Assembly (NCBI RefSeq): GCF_006345805.1
Contig: NC_042997.1
Location: 32,364,001-32,428,000 of the forward strand
Reading direction: 5' to 3'
DNA from: Octopus sinensis
Lineage: Eukaryota
Length of the DNA stretch: 64,000 bases
Part shown: positions 39,180 through 52,197 of the stretch, piece after piece
How positions within the stretch are numbered: the stretch's first letter is position 1
Layout: every line of letters begins with the position of its first letter
Made by a program: the position numbers and the translations under genes
Notes under the pieces: generated by a model
Seen by the model: only the letters and a program-made list of their open reading frames with translations
What the model was told of the DNA's origin: nothing
Database searches by the model: none

Positions 39180-40081
39180 ACAAATAAGTTTGCTTTTCTT
39201 TGGGAAGCATTCATTTCAACTTAGTTACTAACCTTTCAACTGAATTCTAAAGAAACATCAACTATTTTTAATAAACTTTCTGTGACATTCCACTCCTTTG
39301 TTTCCAGAGAATTCCCATATATTACATTTGCAGCAGCTCATTACTTCTATCTATAGTGGATGGAACAAAGTAAAAAAAAAAAAAGAAAAAAGAAAGAAAT
39401 TAATAAGTAGGACTTTCTTCATCTTTTATATTTTTATTTGTCTTGTTTTAGTTTTAAATCTGGATGAATCAATATTGAATAAGAAAAGGTGTGTGTTGTG
39501 TGTGTGTTCATTCTGGCTTTAGAAAACATATGTTACATCCCTATGTGTTGTAAGAGGTGATTAAAATGGTTAGCAACAAGAAGCGCAGCCACTCATAAAA
39601 CACTGCTTCAGAAAATCTGTCCAAACCACAACTGGAAAGTTGAACATAAAATTGTGTGTGTGTTTAGACCAATATTGGCTTCAAATTTTGACACAAGGCC
39701 AGCAATTCCAGGGAGGGCTTAAATCACTTACATCGACCCCAGTGCTCAAATGGTATTTATTTTATCAACCCCAGTGCTCAACTGGTACTTATTTTATTGA
39801 CCTCAAAATGAAAATGATTATGATGATGGTACAAGTCATCATGTCATACTTGTGACAGTCAACCTGTGTGTGTGTATTCATATGTCACCTGCTTGAATGC
39901 CTTTCTCAAGTTACTGGCAAAATTGACCTCAGTAGAATTTAAACTGAGAATGATAAGACAAACAAAATGCCACAAAACATTTGGCCCTGTATGATAACTA
40001 TCCTACCAGCTTACTCAATATTGAATAGTTTTATTCTTAGATTTAATATATTACAGGATTGTTTGGTAATCTTTCTTAAAA

Positions 40082-40590
40082 AATAATAATAATGAAATTA
40101 TTGTATACAGTGCTCAGGTGCACCACAACTTGTCAAAAAGTGCATATAAAGTATATGCAGTAATGTACAAATGTCTGGAAAGCGAACAGTGTATGAGTCA
40201 GATTGATGCTTGCGTGTGCATGGAGGGAAGAAAATCAGGTGTAGTGTTGGCGAATCTCAGAAGCATGGAAGTTTTGAAGGATGCAGTGCTCCGACAACTA
40301 ACATCTGATGCCGGCAGTCTGTTCCATGCTTCAGCAACTCTTAGCGTGAAAAATGTTTCTGAAAGTCATGGGAGCTGTGCTGTTTTCTGACTTTGTAAAC
40401 ATGTCCAAGGATGTTAGACAGGTGGAGTTTGAAAAAGGTGTTCAGAGTTATTGTTTGTAAGATGGTTAATAATTTTATGGGTGTCTGCCAAGTCAGCTGC
40501 CAGACGTCGGAGTTTCAATATGTCCATGCCCAATGAAGTAAGGCATTCAGAATATGGCAGATGCCTGATGGAGGGTATTCTCTTGTACAT
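40082..40590 (-). mobile_element. CR1-clade LINE 3' end (degenerate)
   Basis: Minus strand KRIPSIRHLPYSECLTSLGMDILKLRRLAADL...GHVYKVRKQ...F.LRVAEAWNRLP...FK (frameshifted), with an (ATT)n tail. Confidence 0.85.
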
Positions 40591-41145
40591 CTATTCTCAA
40601 ATTTACATCCCCATAATAGTTAATTGTGGATATTTACCCAAATCTGCAATCACTCAATGAAAATATACTTAGGCCATGTTGGCAACACATTTCAGTGAGA
40701 TACTACACAAGTCCAAAACTGTTGTCACTTGGGTGCCAGGCTCACAGGCTGCCTAAAACAACCCCTGGTTCTATGATACCTGTTCCTGTTTTAAAGCAAT
40801 CTTAAAACTTTCCAGCAAAATTTCATGTTCATTCATGTTCCAAACCCCCACTTAATAATCGCAAAGTTATTTTACTAAATTCTTCATTATTTTAAAAATT
40901 AATTGAAATAAATGCAGTGCACTTCAGCAAAGAGATGGTAACAAAAGTGTTAAGAACTAAATGAAATATATCTCTTGGTGGTGGCAGCAACTGCTGTTGT
41001 TGTTAGTAAGGTATAGTAATTCTTGGTGTCTTTCAAAAATTCAGTCAACTCTGTATCGGTAGATTCATGACTCAGAACTAACAAATCAAATACTTTAGAG
41101 TAAACCTCAGCTCCAGCAAAACAATGTTAATCCATTAGCACTTAA

Positions 41146-41367
41146 CCCTTTCATTCCTGTATTTATTTTGAAGTGCTCTGTGTTTCTTTCAATTAATTTT
41201 AAATATATCAAAGAATTTAGTAAAATAACTTAGTTATCATTCAGCTAGTGTTAGCAACATAAATTGTGACTAAGATTTAGTGGAAGATTTTAATTTAAAA
41301 CTTATGAAAACAAGACATTTATACTACAGAGCCAGGGGTGGTTTCAGCTGAGTTGGTATCGAAAGAG
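41146..41367. mobile_element. MITE family 1, nested in a family 2 MITE (41131-41573)
   Basis: TTAA-flanked; internal sequence matches 7817-8036. Confidence 0.82.
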
Positions 41368-43624
41368 TTAAACTTGCCATTTCAGGCCCAAATATTCTAC
41401 TTATTTTATTTAAAATGGCTGGATCTGGTTTCTCACACCTATCCTACAATGTCATTCTAAAATAAATAATCACATCATTGGAATCACAAAGCTACAAGAT
41501 AGGGCAAGGTTAATTCAAAACAAGGTGAATAAATAAACATTACATTTGACTGAGTAATCTCAATGTTAACAGGTTAATTCAGGCTTCAGTTTGAAGTATT
41601 TGGTCATATAGAATACCCCATAGCTATTACTTTGCAAACTAGTTTGAGTTGGTAGCATTTACTATATTTTCACTAATTGTTTTAGGGGTTGGTTTAATTG
41701 TCAATTTTGTCTTATTGCAAAGATCAACTTTGCTCTTACTGCCTTTCATCATCTTGAGGTTGATAATATAAAGTAATAATCAACTACTAAGGTCAGTGAT
41801 ATCAACTAATTCTCTCTCCCAAATTTTAGACTTTGTGCCTGTACTAAAAACAGTTATTAGTAAGGCAGTGGCTGGCATATAGAGAGGAACAAATATAAAT
41901 CTTTGCTGACAGTCTCTCTGCATTTTATGAATTCAGGTCCCTCTAGTTTAACTTTTTCTCTTCTGGGGGATGACTCCATAAAATAAATGCCAACCATGTA
42001 CTGACATCAATCTCATTGACTATATTCTTTCTCTTCCAAAATATCTGTCCTTATACCTATATTGAAAAGCTATTATTAATTAATTATGATTATAAGCTGT
42101 TATTATAATTCCACAAATTTGGAAATGTGTCGGTGGAGAAAGGACCATGAAAATTGTTGATTTCCTTAAGAATTTTTCTCAAAATTTCTGTCTTGTGTTT
42201 TTTGTGATGTGTGTATGTATCTATACGCATGTATTGTGTGTGTGTGTAGCATACTTGCATACAGTTGTGGATCTCTGGTTGAGAAATTTATTTCTCAACT
42301 ATGTGGTTTTGAGTTGTCCCACTGCGTAGCACCTTGAGCAAGTGTTTTCTACTATAGCCCTGTGCTGATCAAAGCCTTATAAGGTAGATTTGGTAGAGAA
42401 ACTGAAAGAAGCCCATCGTGTGTGTATGTGTGTACACCATCGGTTTGGCATTATGTTTTTGAATATCACCACTATACAAGCAATATTCATTTCCAGTCTT
42501 TCAGAAACATGTCTAGCCATAGGAAATATTATCTTGCTTGGAAACAGTAAGGATTGGCAATAGAAAGGGTATTTGACTAGAAAATCTGCCTCAGCAAATT
42601 CCATCTAATCCATGCAAGCATGGAAAAATAGACTTTAAATGATGATGATGATGATAGTATATAAAATTTAAAGTACTTTTGTTAGTGTGAGACACCACTT
42701 ATTATTCCCAAGTGGTCCATAAATATGTTTTCGAAATTTTCAATTCATGTGTAGATTTTATTTTATTTCAGAAATGTAAGTTAAAACTGAATGAAAAAGA
42801 AAACAAAATGATTTTCAATTCCATTTTTTTTTTAATTTACTTATTTATTTATTGTTAACCTGTTAATGTTTCAATAGTCTGAAATCTCATTTACTTTCTG
42901 AAGATTAAGAAGTAAGTAGTTTGGTATGTCCAACTTATTTCCACTGAGAGTAAAAGCTGTTGTCATCAATTAAACCCTTAACTGACAGAAAGCAAAGCTA
43001 CAAGTGACAGCCATTTTTAAGGAGGGAGAAGTTCTTAAAAGTTAGTTAAGTACAATGTTATCATTTTTGTCATCAGCTTCTTCCTTTGTTTCTTCGGTAC
43101 TATTATTATTATTTTTTTTTTTTCCCCCTCATAATAGTATTATTTTGTGAAATTTTTGCTGCTTGGCACTGCGCATCTCTTTCTGTTGTTCTGTCAAGCG
43201 AGAGAAAACCAAGTTTGGCAAAATAGCAGCAACAGAAAAGTTGCTGATCAAACAATTGAAGAAACAAAATTTAACAAAGTATGATAAGGAGTGGTTTTAA
43301 TGGTGACATTTTTCTGCATTACCATGCAGTCATGCCTGATTTCTAGCTTTTGGCAGATGAGAAAGTGCGTGTGTGTGTTTGTGTGTGTGTGTGTGTGTGT
43401 CTAATTCAGAGTGGTGATGGGTTTGGAGAACAGAGATAATGGTAACTACATGTGGCTGAAGATGAAGTTTGTGTTCTCATAAACTGACAGTTAAAGACAC
43501 TTGGAAGTGCAAGTGTTTAAACATGATTTCATTATTCCTTGTGAAAAGCCAGAGTCATACAAGTAGAAAATGAAAAAAAAATTGCACAATGGAGAAATAC
43601 TTTCTTGGCATTAGTTTGCTTATT

Positions 43625-43669
<45 letters not shown>

Positions 43670-44099
43670 GGGGGGGGTTGAGAGGGAGAGAGTGGTCTGT
43701 ATTTACACATGTTTATATGAATGTATATATGTGTGTGTGTTTGTATTTGTATTTTGTACTTTTGTTTATATTATGTTTGTATGTACACACACGCATATTT
43801 TCAGTTTACAAATGGGAGAGTAAAATACTCAACGTACAGCAAAGCCTTGTGAAAGGGTTTGATGGACAAAAACTGAAAGAAGCCCGTCATATGTGTGTGT
43901 GTGTGTCAGCACTGCTTGACAACCAGTGTTGGTGTGTTTACAACCCCACTTACTTTGCAGTTGAGTAAAAGAGATCGATATAATAAGTACCAAGTTTAAA
44001 ATTTATATAAATTCATTTGACTAAATTCTTCAGGGTGGTGCTTCAGCATGGCCTTAGTCTAATGACTGAAACAAGTAAAAGAATGAAAGAATATATGTA

Positions 44100-44156
<57 letters not shown>

Positions 44157-44509
44157 CTGAAAGAGATAACAAATCCAAGGCTGTGAAGAGTTTTCAGGAC
44201 ATTATAATGAAACAGTCTAACAGCTGTTTCTGGGATGTTATGGATATCCCTTCATCATAAGAAAATATTTGAGTTTGAATTATTGTGAAAGAAATACGGA
44301 ATATAGAGGGAAATAAGAGAATGAAAGTAGAAATAAGATATGTAAAGATGTTGTGGTTTCAGTTCCATTATTTGAGGAAAATGGTGTAGAAGTGGTAAAA
44401 AAAAGTTTCCTGTACATGGTGTGTAAGTTCCAATAGCAGTTCATATTTAGTCATTTCAGAGCATGAAGCTGTGGAATCAGTGTTGCTCATTCAATAGGGT
44501 TTTGTGGTG

Positions 44510-44544
<35 letters not shown>

Positions 44545-44549
<5 letters not shown>

Positions 44550-44928
44550 GTGGCACTCCGTCGGTTACAACGATGAGAGTTCTGGTTGATCCGATCAATG
44601 GAACAGCCTGCTTGTCAAATTAACATACAAGTGGCTGAGCATTCCACAGACACATGTACCCTTAACGTAGTTCTTGGGGATTCAACATGACACAGAGTGT
44701 GACAAGGCTGGCCCTTTGAAATACAGGTACGACAGAAACAGGAAGAAAGAGTGAGAGAAAGTTGTGGTGAAAGAGTACAGCAGGGTTCGTCACCACCCCC
44801 TACCGGATCCTCGTGGAGCTTTAGGTGTTTCTGCTCAATAAACACTCACAACGCCCGGTCTGGAAATCGAAGCCGTGATCCTACGACCATGAGTCCGCTT
44901 CCTAACCACTGGGCCATTGCACCTCCAT
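44545..44928 (-). mobile_element. SINE family D with alternative 3' tail
   Basis: Same head and body as 36350-36662 up to gaagaaagagtgagag, then a different ~200-bp tail. Confidence 0.82.
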
Positions 44929-45816
44929 ACATATATATATATATACACAGATTTTAGTCAGTAGAAGCTAACTTAACACCTCTGTGTGTGTTTGTGTGTG
45001 TGTGTGTGTGTGCACATGATGGATTCTCTTCCATTGACTTTGATATACCTGGGTCCAGTCGTTTGATCAATCAATTACCCACTTATTGTAGTAGCATGCA
45101 AGTGGCTGAACATTCTACAAATATGTATACCCTTAACAAAATTCTCAGGTAGAATCAGTGCGAAACAGCATGACAGAACTGAGCCTTTGAATTTGAAGAT
45201 CATCTCACTGCCTTCTACACTGTTTCCATCTATTCAAATTCATTCAAGTGGTTTGGTTGCCCAAGGCTGTAGTAAAGATGCCATGCAGTGGAATTGAACC
45301 CATGACCTTGTAATTGTGAAGTGAAGCTCTTAGTCACTGAACCAAATCTGCATCCAGGTGTGCAATGCATGCCATCAAAGTGACACTGGGGTACAAATAT
45401 ATAAAGCCCAATATACCCAACATGACTACCAGTCTGATAAGGGTACACCAGGCACATGTATCACAACCATATGTGTGTGACATGGTGACCTTGTATCAAG
45501 GTAAACAAATATTTTATTCTTTTGTCAGTCATGCTTTGGCACCACTTTCAAGATTTTAGTCCAGTACTTATTTCAGTTTGATATTAAAAAGCAAAATATC
45601 AACAGCCAAGTCCCTTGCTACAGACATTGGAGAAACGTCAACAGTATAACAGACTTCAATTTTTGTTTTGACCAATCAAGTACTGTACGTCTCTGTCTAT
45701 CTGGCTGACTAGTTGTCTATTTGTTTATCTTGAAACAAAGTCACCATGTCACACACATATGGTTGAGATGCACGTGCCTGGTGTATTCTTATCAGACGGG
45801 TAGTCATGATGGGTAT

Positions 45817-46185
45817 ATGGCCCAGTGGTTAGGGCAGCGGACTCGCAGTCGTAGGATCGCGGTTTCGATTCCCAGACCGGGCGTTGTGAGTGTTTATTGA
45901 GCGAAAACACCTAAAGCTCCACGAGGCTCCGGCAGGGATGGTGGTGATCCCTGCTGTACTCTTTCACCACAACTTTCTCTCACTCTTACTTCCTGTTTCT
46001 GTTGTACCTGTATTTCAAAGGGCCGGCCTTGTCACTCTCTGTGTCACGCTGAATATCCCCGAGAACTACATTAAGGGTACATGTGTCTGTGGAGTGCTCG
46101 GCCACTTACACGTTAATTTCACGAGCAGGCTGTTCCATTGATCGGATCAACCAGAACCCTCATCGTCGGAATCGACGGAGTGCTT
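45817..46185 (+). mobile_element. SINE family D (alternative tail), inserted into a family E repeat
   Basis: tggcccagtggttagggcagcggactc...cgacggagtgc. The flanks join to give the repeat seen inverted at ~45355-45510. Confidence 0.82.
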
Positions 46186-46619
46186 CCATCCATTGGTCTT
46201 CATATACTTGTACCCCAGTGTCACTTTGGCATGCATTGCTCTCTCACTCAATAATAATAATAAAAGTAAATAAAAACATTCCCAAAGCACAACAGCAATG
46301 TTGACCAATTATCTTTGTTGCTGTTTATGTTGTATTACTAAAAAACCATAACAAATCGTAAGACGCTGTAAGATTTCCTATGGTAATATAGATATACAAT
46401 GATCGTGATGAAACAAAGTTTGCGCAATGGGAATTACAACAGCGACGAAAAATATCTTACTTACTTTTCAGTTTTGTTAACTTGAGAAATGGCAATTGAA
46501 CTAATAATGTTCTTTGCCTACATTCCCCCACTTTTCATGAGTATTGTATAAACCGTATATAATACAACACATTGATTGTAGACACATATAGAAACTGTAG
46601 ACAGCATAGAGAGGTCGTA

Positions 46620-46670
<51 letters not shown>

Positions 46671-46720
46671 ATACTTTATATATAATACTTTTACAGAGTT
46701 TGTAAAATGATATATATATG

Positions 46721-46764
<44 letters not shown>

Positions 46765-47049
46765 CTCTTCATTGATTTTTGGCAATAAATTCCCACAAGA
46801 GTACATTGCTGGATTTATTTTTCTTTCCTTGCCTTAGATTACTATTTTTCTTTTGTCAGCATTTGGAAGTAGTTTTTTGGAATGGGTCTTCCTCCTAAAT
46901 ATTGTATCAGGAGGTGTGTGTGTGTGTGTGTGTGTGTGCACGCATGTGCACATACATGTCTATGTATGTATTTTTCTTGCAATATATATTTTAAAGGAAT
47001 CAGACTTTCCCCCCTCTCTTCCTCTTCCAGCCCTGTCGTTGACAGCTAT

Positions 47050-47243
47050 TACTCTTTTACTTGTTTCAGTCATTTGACTGCGGCCATGCTGGAGCACCGC
47101 CTTTAGTCGAGCAAATCGACCCCGGGACTTATTCTTTGTAAGCCCAGTACTTATTCTATCGGTCTCTTTGCCGAACCGCTAAGTGACGGGGACGTAAACA
47201 CACCAGCATCGGTTGTCAAGCAATGCTTGGGGGACAAACACAA

Positions 47244-47276
<33 letters not shown>

Positions 47277-47450
47277 CACATATATACGACAGGCTTCTTT
47301 CAGTTTCCGTCTACCAAATCCACTCACAAGGCATTGGTCGGCCCGGGGCTATAGCAGAAGACACTTGCCCAAGATGCCACGCAGTGGGACTGAACCCGGA
47401 ACCATGTGGTTGTGTAGCAAGCTACTTACCACACAACCACTCCTGCGCCT
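47050..47450 (-). mobile_element. SINE family A (full length)
   Basis: tactcttttacttg ... ccactcctgcgcct. Confidence 0.88.
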
Positions 47451-48108
47451 ATGTCGCTTTATTTTTCTTCATTTCTTCTATTATTACAATTATACAGAAT
47501 CTATTCACTCCTGTGGTATAAGTTTCATAATGGAATGGTTATTTTGCTTCCTCAGCTTCCCTGCAACGCTTACTGCATCATTCTCCCTTTTCTGCACTCT
47601 CTTCCCATCACCATTCATTTGAAACAATTAATACTCTGCTATCAGTGACTCAAACTCTTCCACACTTGCCATCACAGTAAAGGAATTTTGATGACTTGCT
47701 GTCATGTGACCTCAGTAAATTCTAAACTAGGAGGTCAAGGAAAGTGTACTGAGAAGATAACAAAAAGAAATGTGTAGAAAGAAGAGAGAAACCATAAATT
47801 ATTGATGAGACAGATAATTTTGCATATAATGGTAATGTAACGATTGTTATGGTAATGATGATAATGATGATGATGATGATGATCGTCATCATCACTGCTT
47901 CTTGAAAGTATTTTCATTAATATAATACCTGACTTATTGTGTAACTTGATAATGCTAGTTTATCAATTAGAAACCTTAACAATAACTTTGAGATATAAAT
48001 TTTAATGTGTGTGTGTGTGTGTGTGTGCATACACATATATACACACAGTCATACATACTCATGCATGTATGCTCACACACAAATATATTGTTTCTTATTG
48101 AAAGTGAA

Positions 48109-48160
<52 letters not shown>

Positions 48161-48446
48161 CTATATATGATTTATATTTTTTAATTCTGAAATGCATCAT
48201 GTTTTTAACGAAATATTTAGTATTATTTCTGTACTTATTTGGATAACACACACACACATACACACACTCATATATTTTGCTGTATAAACATGTAAGAGAG
48301 AATTCAATGTATGTGGATGAGTTTACTTGTTCAAATTTTATTGCAGTTCAGATACGTGTGTTCGTTCAGGCAGTGTGTGTATGTGTGTGTGAAGGTGTAT
48401 TTGTAGATATGTATGTATATGTATAGGCGTATGTATGTATGTATAT

Positions 48447-48838
48447 AGGCGTAGGAGTGGCTGTGTGGTAAGTAGCTTGCTTACCAACCACACGGTTCCG
48501 GGTTCAGTCCCACTGCGTGGCACCTTGGGCAAGTGTCTTCTACTATAGCCTCGGGCCGACCAAAGCCTTGTGAGTGGATTTGGTAGACGGAAACTGAAAG
48601 AAGCCCGTCGTATATATATATATATATATATTTGTGTTTGTGTGTCTGTGTTTGTCCCCCACAACATCGCTGGTGTGTTTACGTCTCCATAACTTAGCGG
48701 TTCGGCAAAAGAGGCCGATAGAATATGTACTAGGCTTACAAAGAATAAGTCCTGGGGTCAATTTGCTAGACTAAAAAGGCGGTGCTCCAGCATGGCCGCA
48801 GTCACATGACTGAAACAAGTAAAAGAGTAAAAAAGAGT
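48447..48838 (+). mobile_element. SINE family A (subfamily variant)
   Basis: aggcgtaggagtgg ... aaaagagtaaaaaagagta, with diagnostic changes (gcaccttgg, tactatagcctcgg, ctagg). Confidence 0.87.
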
Positions 48839-49060
48839 ATGTGTGTATATTCACACCTGCATGTATTTGTGTGTTTGACTGTATGTCTTCACATTGACAC
48901 CATCGTCATCATTTCTTTTTAATAAAAAACCCAGCAGTTTGACATGTGAAAGCCAGTGGAATAAGAGCCTTAGTTAAAAACCAAACTAAAAGTTGGTAAC
49001 AAAAAGGACATCCAGCCATAGAATATTGCCTCAAGAAGTCTTGTCCAACTCATACTTTAA

Positions 49061-49278
49061 CCCTTTCGATACCAACCTGGCTGAAACTGCCTCTGGCTCT
49101 GTAGTATAAATGTCTTGTTTTCATAAGTTTTGAATTAAAATCTTCCACCAAACCTTAGTCACAATTTATGTTACTAACACTAGCTTAATGACAACTAAGT
49201 TATTTTACTAAATTCTTTATGTCTAAAATAATTGAAAGAAACACAGAGTATCTCAAAATAAATACAGTAATGAAATGG
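49061..49278. mobile_element. MITE family 1, opposite orientation
   Basis: ttaa|ccctttcgatacc ... gtaatgaaatgg|ttaa; reverse complement of the 7817-8036 body. Confidence 0.82.
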
Positions 49279-49686
49279 TTAACCAAAATTTATTGTGGTT
49301 GTGGTGGTGGTGGTTACAGTGGTGATGGTGATAATTCCTCAAAAATAAGATGGTTGTTGTTTCATTTAGGAGAGCAACAAACCCAGTCCAGTGGAAAATA
49401 ATAGGATCTTCAGAGAAATACAGCATTTCTGGATTGTAGCGCAAGCTTCCATTCCAACCCCTTCTATGCTGCTTCAAGTTCATAAACTGTAATATTCTGT
49501 ACTATTTTACATTGTAGGGTGAAAGTAGTATTTAGCTCTCAAAGCCTTCTGTGACAAAAAATTGGTGAAATTCAAGCTTTGTAACTAAATGTTTCTGAAT
49601 TGCCAGAAGTAATGAAAGAGTGATTCCATGCTGTTGTCATTCAGCCCCAGATCAGCTCTGACTGTGTGGTGCTATGCTATGCTTAA

Positions 49687-50491
49687 CCCTTTAGCATTCA
49701 AATTTCTCTATCAAATATGATGCTTCTTTATTTGCATTGTTTCAAATTAATCATGCACCATTTCATAGTCTCAAGATTTAAATGATGTCATCATCATCAT
49801 CATTTAACGTCCGTTTTCTGCGCTAGCACGGGTTGGACGGTTCGATCGGGGTCTGGGAAGCCAGGAGGCTGCACCAGGCTCCAGTCTGATCTGGCAGTGT
49901 TTCTACAGCTGGATGCCCTTCCTAACGACAACCACTCCGTGAGTGTAGTGGGTGCTTTTTACGTGCCACCAGCACAGGTGCCAGGGGAGTTTGGCAGCGG
50001 CCACGATCGGTTGGTGCTTCTAACGTGCCACCGGCACGGAAGCCAGTCAAGGCGGCACTGGCATCGGCCACGTTCGGATGGTGATTTTTATGTGCCACCT
50101 GCACAGAAGTCAGTCAAGGCAGCGCTGGCAATAGAAAGGGATGGTGCTTTTTATGTGCCACCGGCACAGGTATCACAACTACTATTTCCATTGATATTTA
50201 TTTCGATGTTCATGTACTTGACTCAATAGGTCTCCTCAAGCACAGCGGGTTGTTCTGAAATCCAAGGTACTTTGAATGGGCTGGGGCTATGCGGAACTGG
50301 TGCAGGAAGCATCCCGGGTCTTTGCAGTCACAGCATATCTCCAGAGATCTTGGTCCTTCGTCATTGCCTCTGTGACTGTTCATTTTTAGAATGACACTGT
50401 AGGGTAGGTGTAAGAGGCTGGATCTGGTTGGTTTAAACATAAATGAAGTAGAATATTTGAGCTTGATATGCTTGGTTTGAATGTTAAAGAG
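49687..50491. mobile_element. piggyBac-type MITE family 2, interrupted by a family B element
   Basis: ttaa|ccctttagcattc ... gaatgttaaagag|ttaa; the two halves match 51979-52197. Confidence 0.75.
49788..50375 (-). mobile_element. Family B element, longest copy; probably the 3' UTR plus ORF end of an RTE-type LINE
   Basis: Its 5' end on the minus strand reads acagaggcaatgacgaaggaccaagatctctggagatatgctgtg (TEAMTKDQDLWRYAV), resembling RTE ORF C-termini (..DR..W). The tail is (ATG)n. Confidence 0.7.
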
Positions 50492-51978
50492 TTAAAGATG
50501 TTTCAGCTGCGATCATACCTCCTTTTCTTTTCCTATTTCCCAAGCATAAGTATACTTAGGATTACATCTTCCTGTGTGTCTATTTTTATAAGATGGTAGG
50601 TTGTAGTTTTGAGGGAGATTTAGTTGTTACTTCTAGCGGGTTAAGTAACCATGTAGAGACTGATTGGTACAATATTTACAAGTTGATGTGGTTGTTGGAA
50701 TTCCAGCCTTGGGACTAAAATTTATTGAATTACCAGGATTAGAGAAGGATTGAACTGAATAAATGTTATTTAGTACTTGGTCAGCTCTGATCAAGAACAT
50801 TCCATCTATGACTAATCTATCTTTTGTTTCCAAATAGGATATCTCGGATTGCATTATCTATTGTGTCTTTTAAGTTGTTTTGGGGGTTTTTTTAAGACAA
50901 TTATAGGATGTGATTTGAGGAAAATTTAGTTGTTATTTCTAGTAGGTCAAATGACTGCATTGAATCATCTTCAGTGTTTCATTTAATTAATTGACTTTGC
51001 TTTTGTTAAAAGCTTTTGTGGATACATTAACATCATAAATTTATTTGCATTATAATGTTTAAATGTCAGCAAGAGATATATATGTGTGTGTATGTTTTTT
51101 TCTCTCCACTTGTGCTCTCTCTCTCTTCCTCCCTCTCTCTCTCCCCCTCTCTCTCTCTCTCTCTCTTCCTCTCTCTCTCTCTCTCTCTACTTCCATTAAA
51201 TATAGATAATATTTTTCTTAGTTCTTTGTATTAAAAATGTTAACTACCATATGATGGATGTGCTTGAAGTAAAAGTTGACATATTTATATTTTGATTAAG
51301 AGGGGAAGTGTATTGATGATGGTGGATGTGTTTGTTTAAGTATGCACTTGAATGCGTTTGTGAACGTGCACGTGTGTTTGCACTTGTTTATATTAGTAAC
51401 ATGAGTTATTGAAAGGTAGTATGATTATCATATGGGTGCCTACAAACGAAAAAAAACCTTTGGACAAAGCAAACAAACATTATGTAAATGATGTAGAAAA
51501 GTCTCACCTTGAACACAATAGCAAAGATCTATGACAAACCGATTCCTTGTCAGAGCTAAATGAATGATTCATAACTGATTGTCTTTTCTAACTGTTGTTT
51601 CCATCCAAACCCCATTTGATACCAGTCCTGAGACTATATCTGTCTAGTTCTGTGATAGAAAACTTTTCTTAAAGTATTCATATTCAACTTGAAATTTTTC
51701 CTCATAATTTTATCTAAGAACTTTTTGTTATGTTTCACATACCAGCTTAATATACTCATAGGAGGTTCTATGTCATTGCTCTGCCTGCTAGAAATAGCAA
51801 TCCCATCTCTCAAATTTCATCCTGCCATCTTGAAAAAAAAAGGATATGTTTGATATCAGGAAAGGCATCTGGCTGCAGAAACCATGTCAAAGCAAACACT
51901 GGAGCTTGGCACAGTCCTGGGGCTCACCAGCTTCTGTCATACCATCCAACCTGTGCCAGCATGGAAAATAGACATTAA

Positions 51979-52197
51979 CCCTTTAGTGTTCAGATTATTC
52001 TATCAAACATAATGCCTATTGTTTCCCGTTGATTTGAATTAATCATGCATTATCTCATATCTTTAAGATCTTGATGGTGTAATTACTTAATGTAGAATAA
52101 CATTGTAGGGTAGGTGTGAGAGCCTGGATCTGGTCAGTTTGAACATAAAACAGATGAAATATTTTGGCCGGATATGGCCGGTTTAAATACTAAAGGG
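51979..52197. mobile_element. piggyBac-type MITE family 2 (intact)
   Basis: TTAA TSD at 51975-51978 and 52198-52201; TIR CCCTTTAGT / ACTAAAGGG. Sits in the TTAA of a diverged family B tail. Confidence 0.85.

Noticed and set aside
45817-45890. tRNA gene (also the 36590-36662 and family A heads)
   Set aside because: A and B boxes are present but run directly into SINE bodies, and no complete cloverleaf or acceptor stem is evident.
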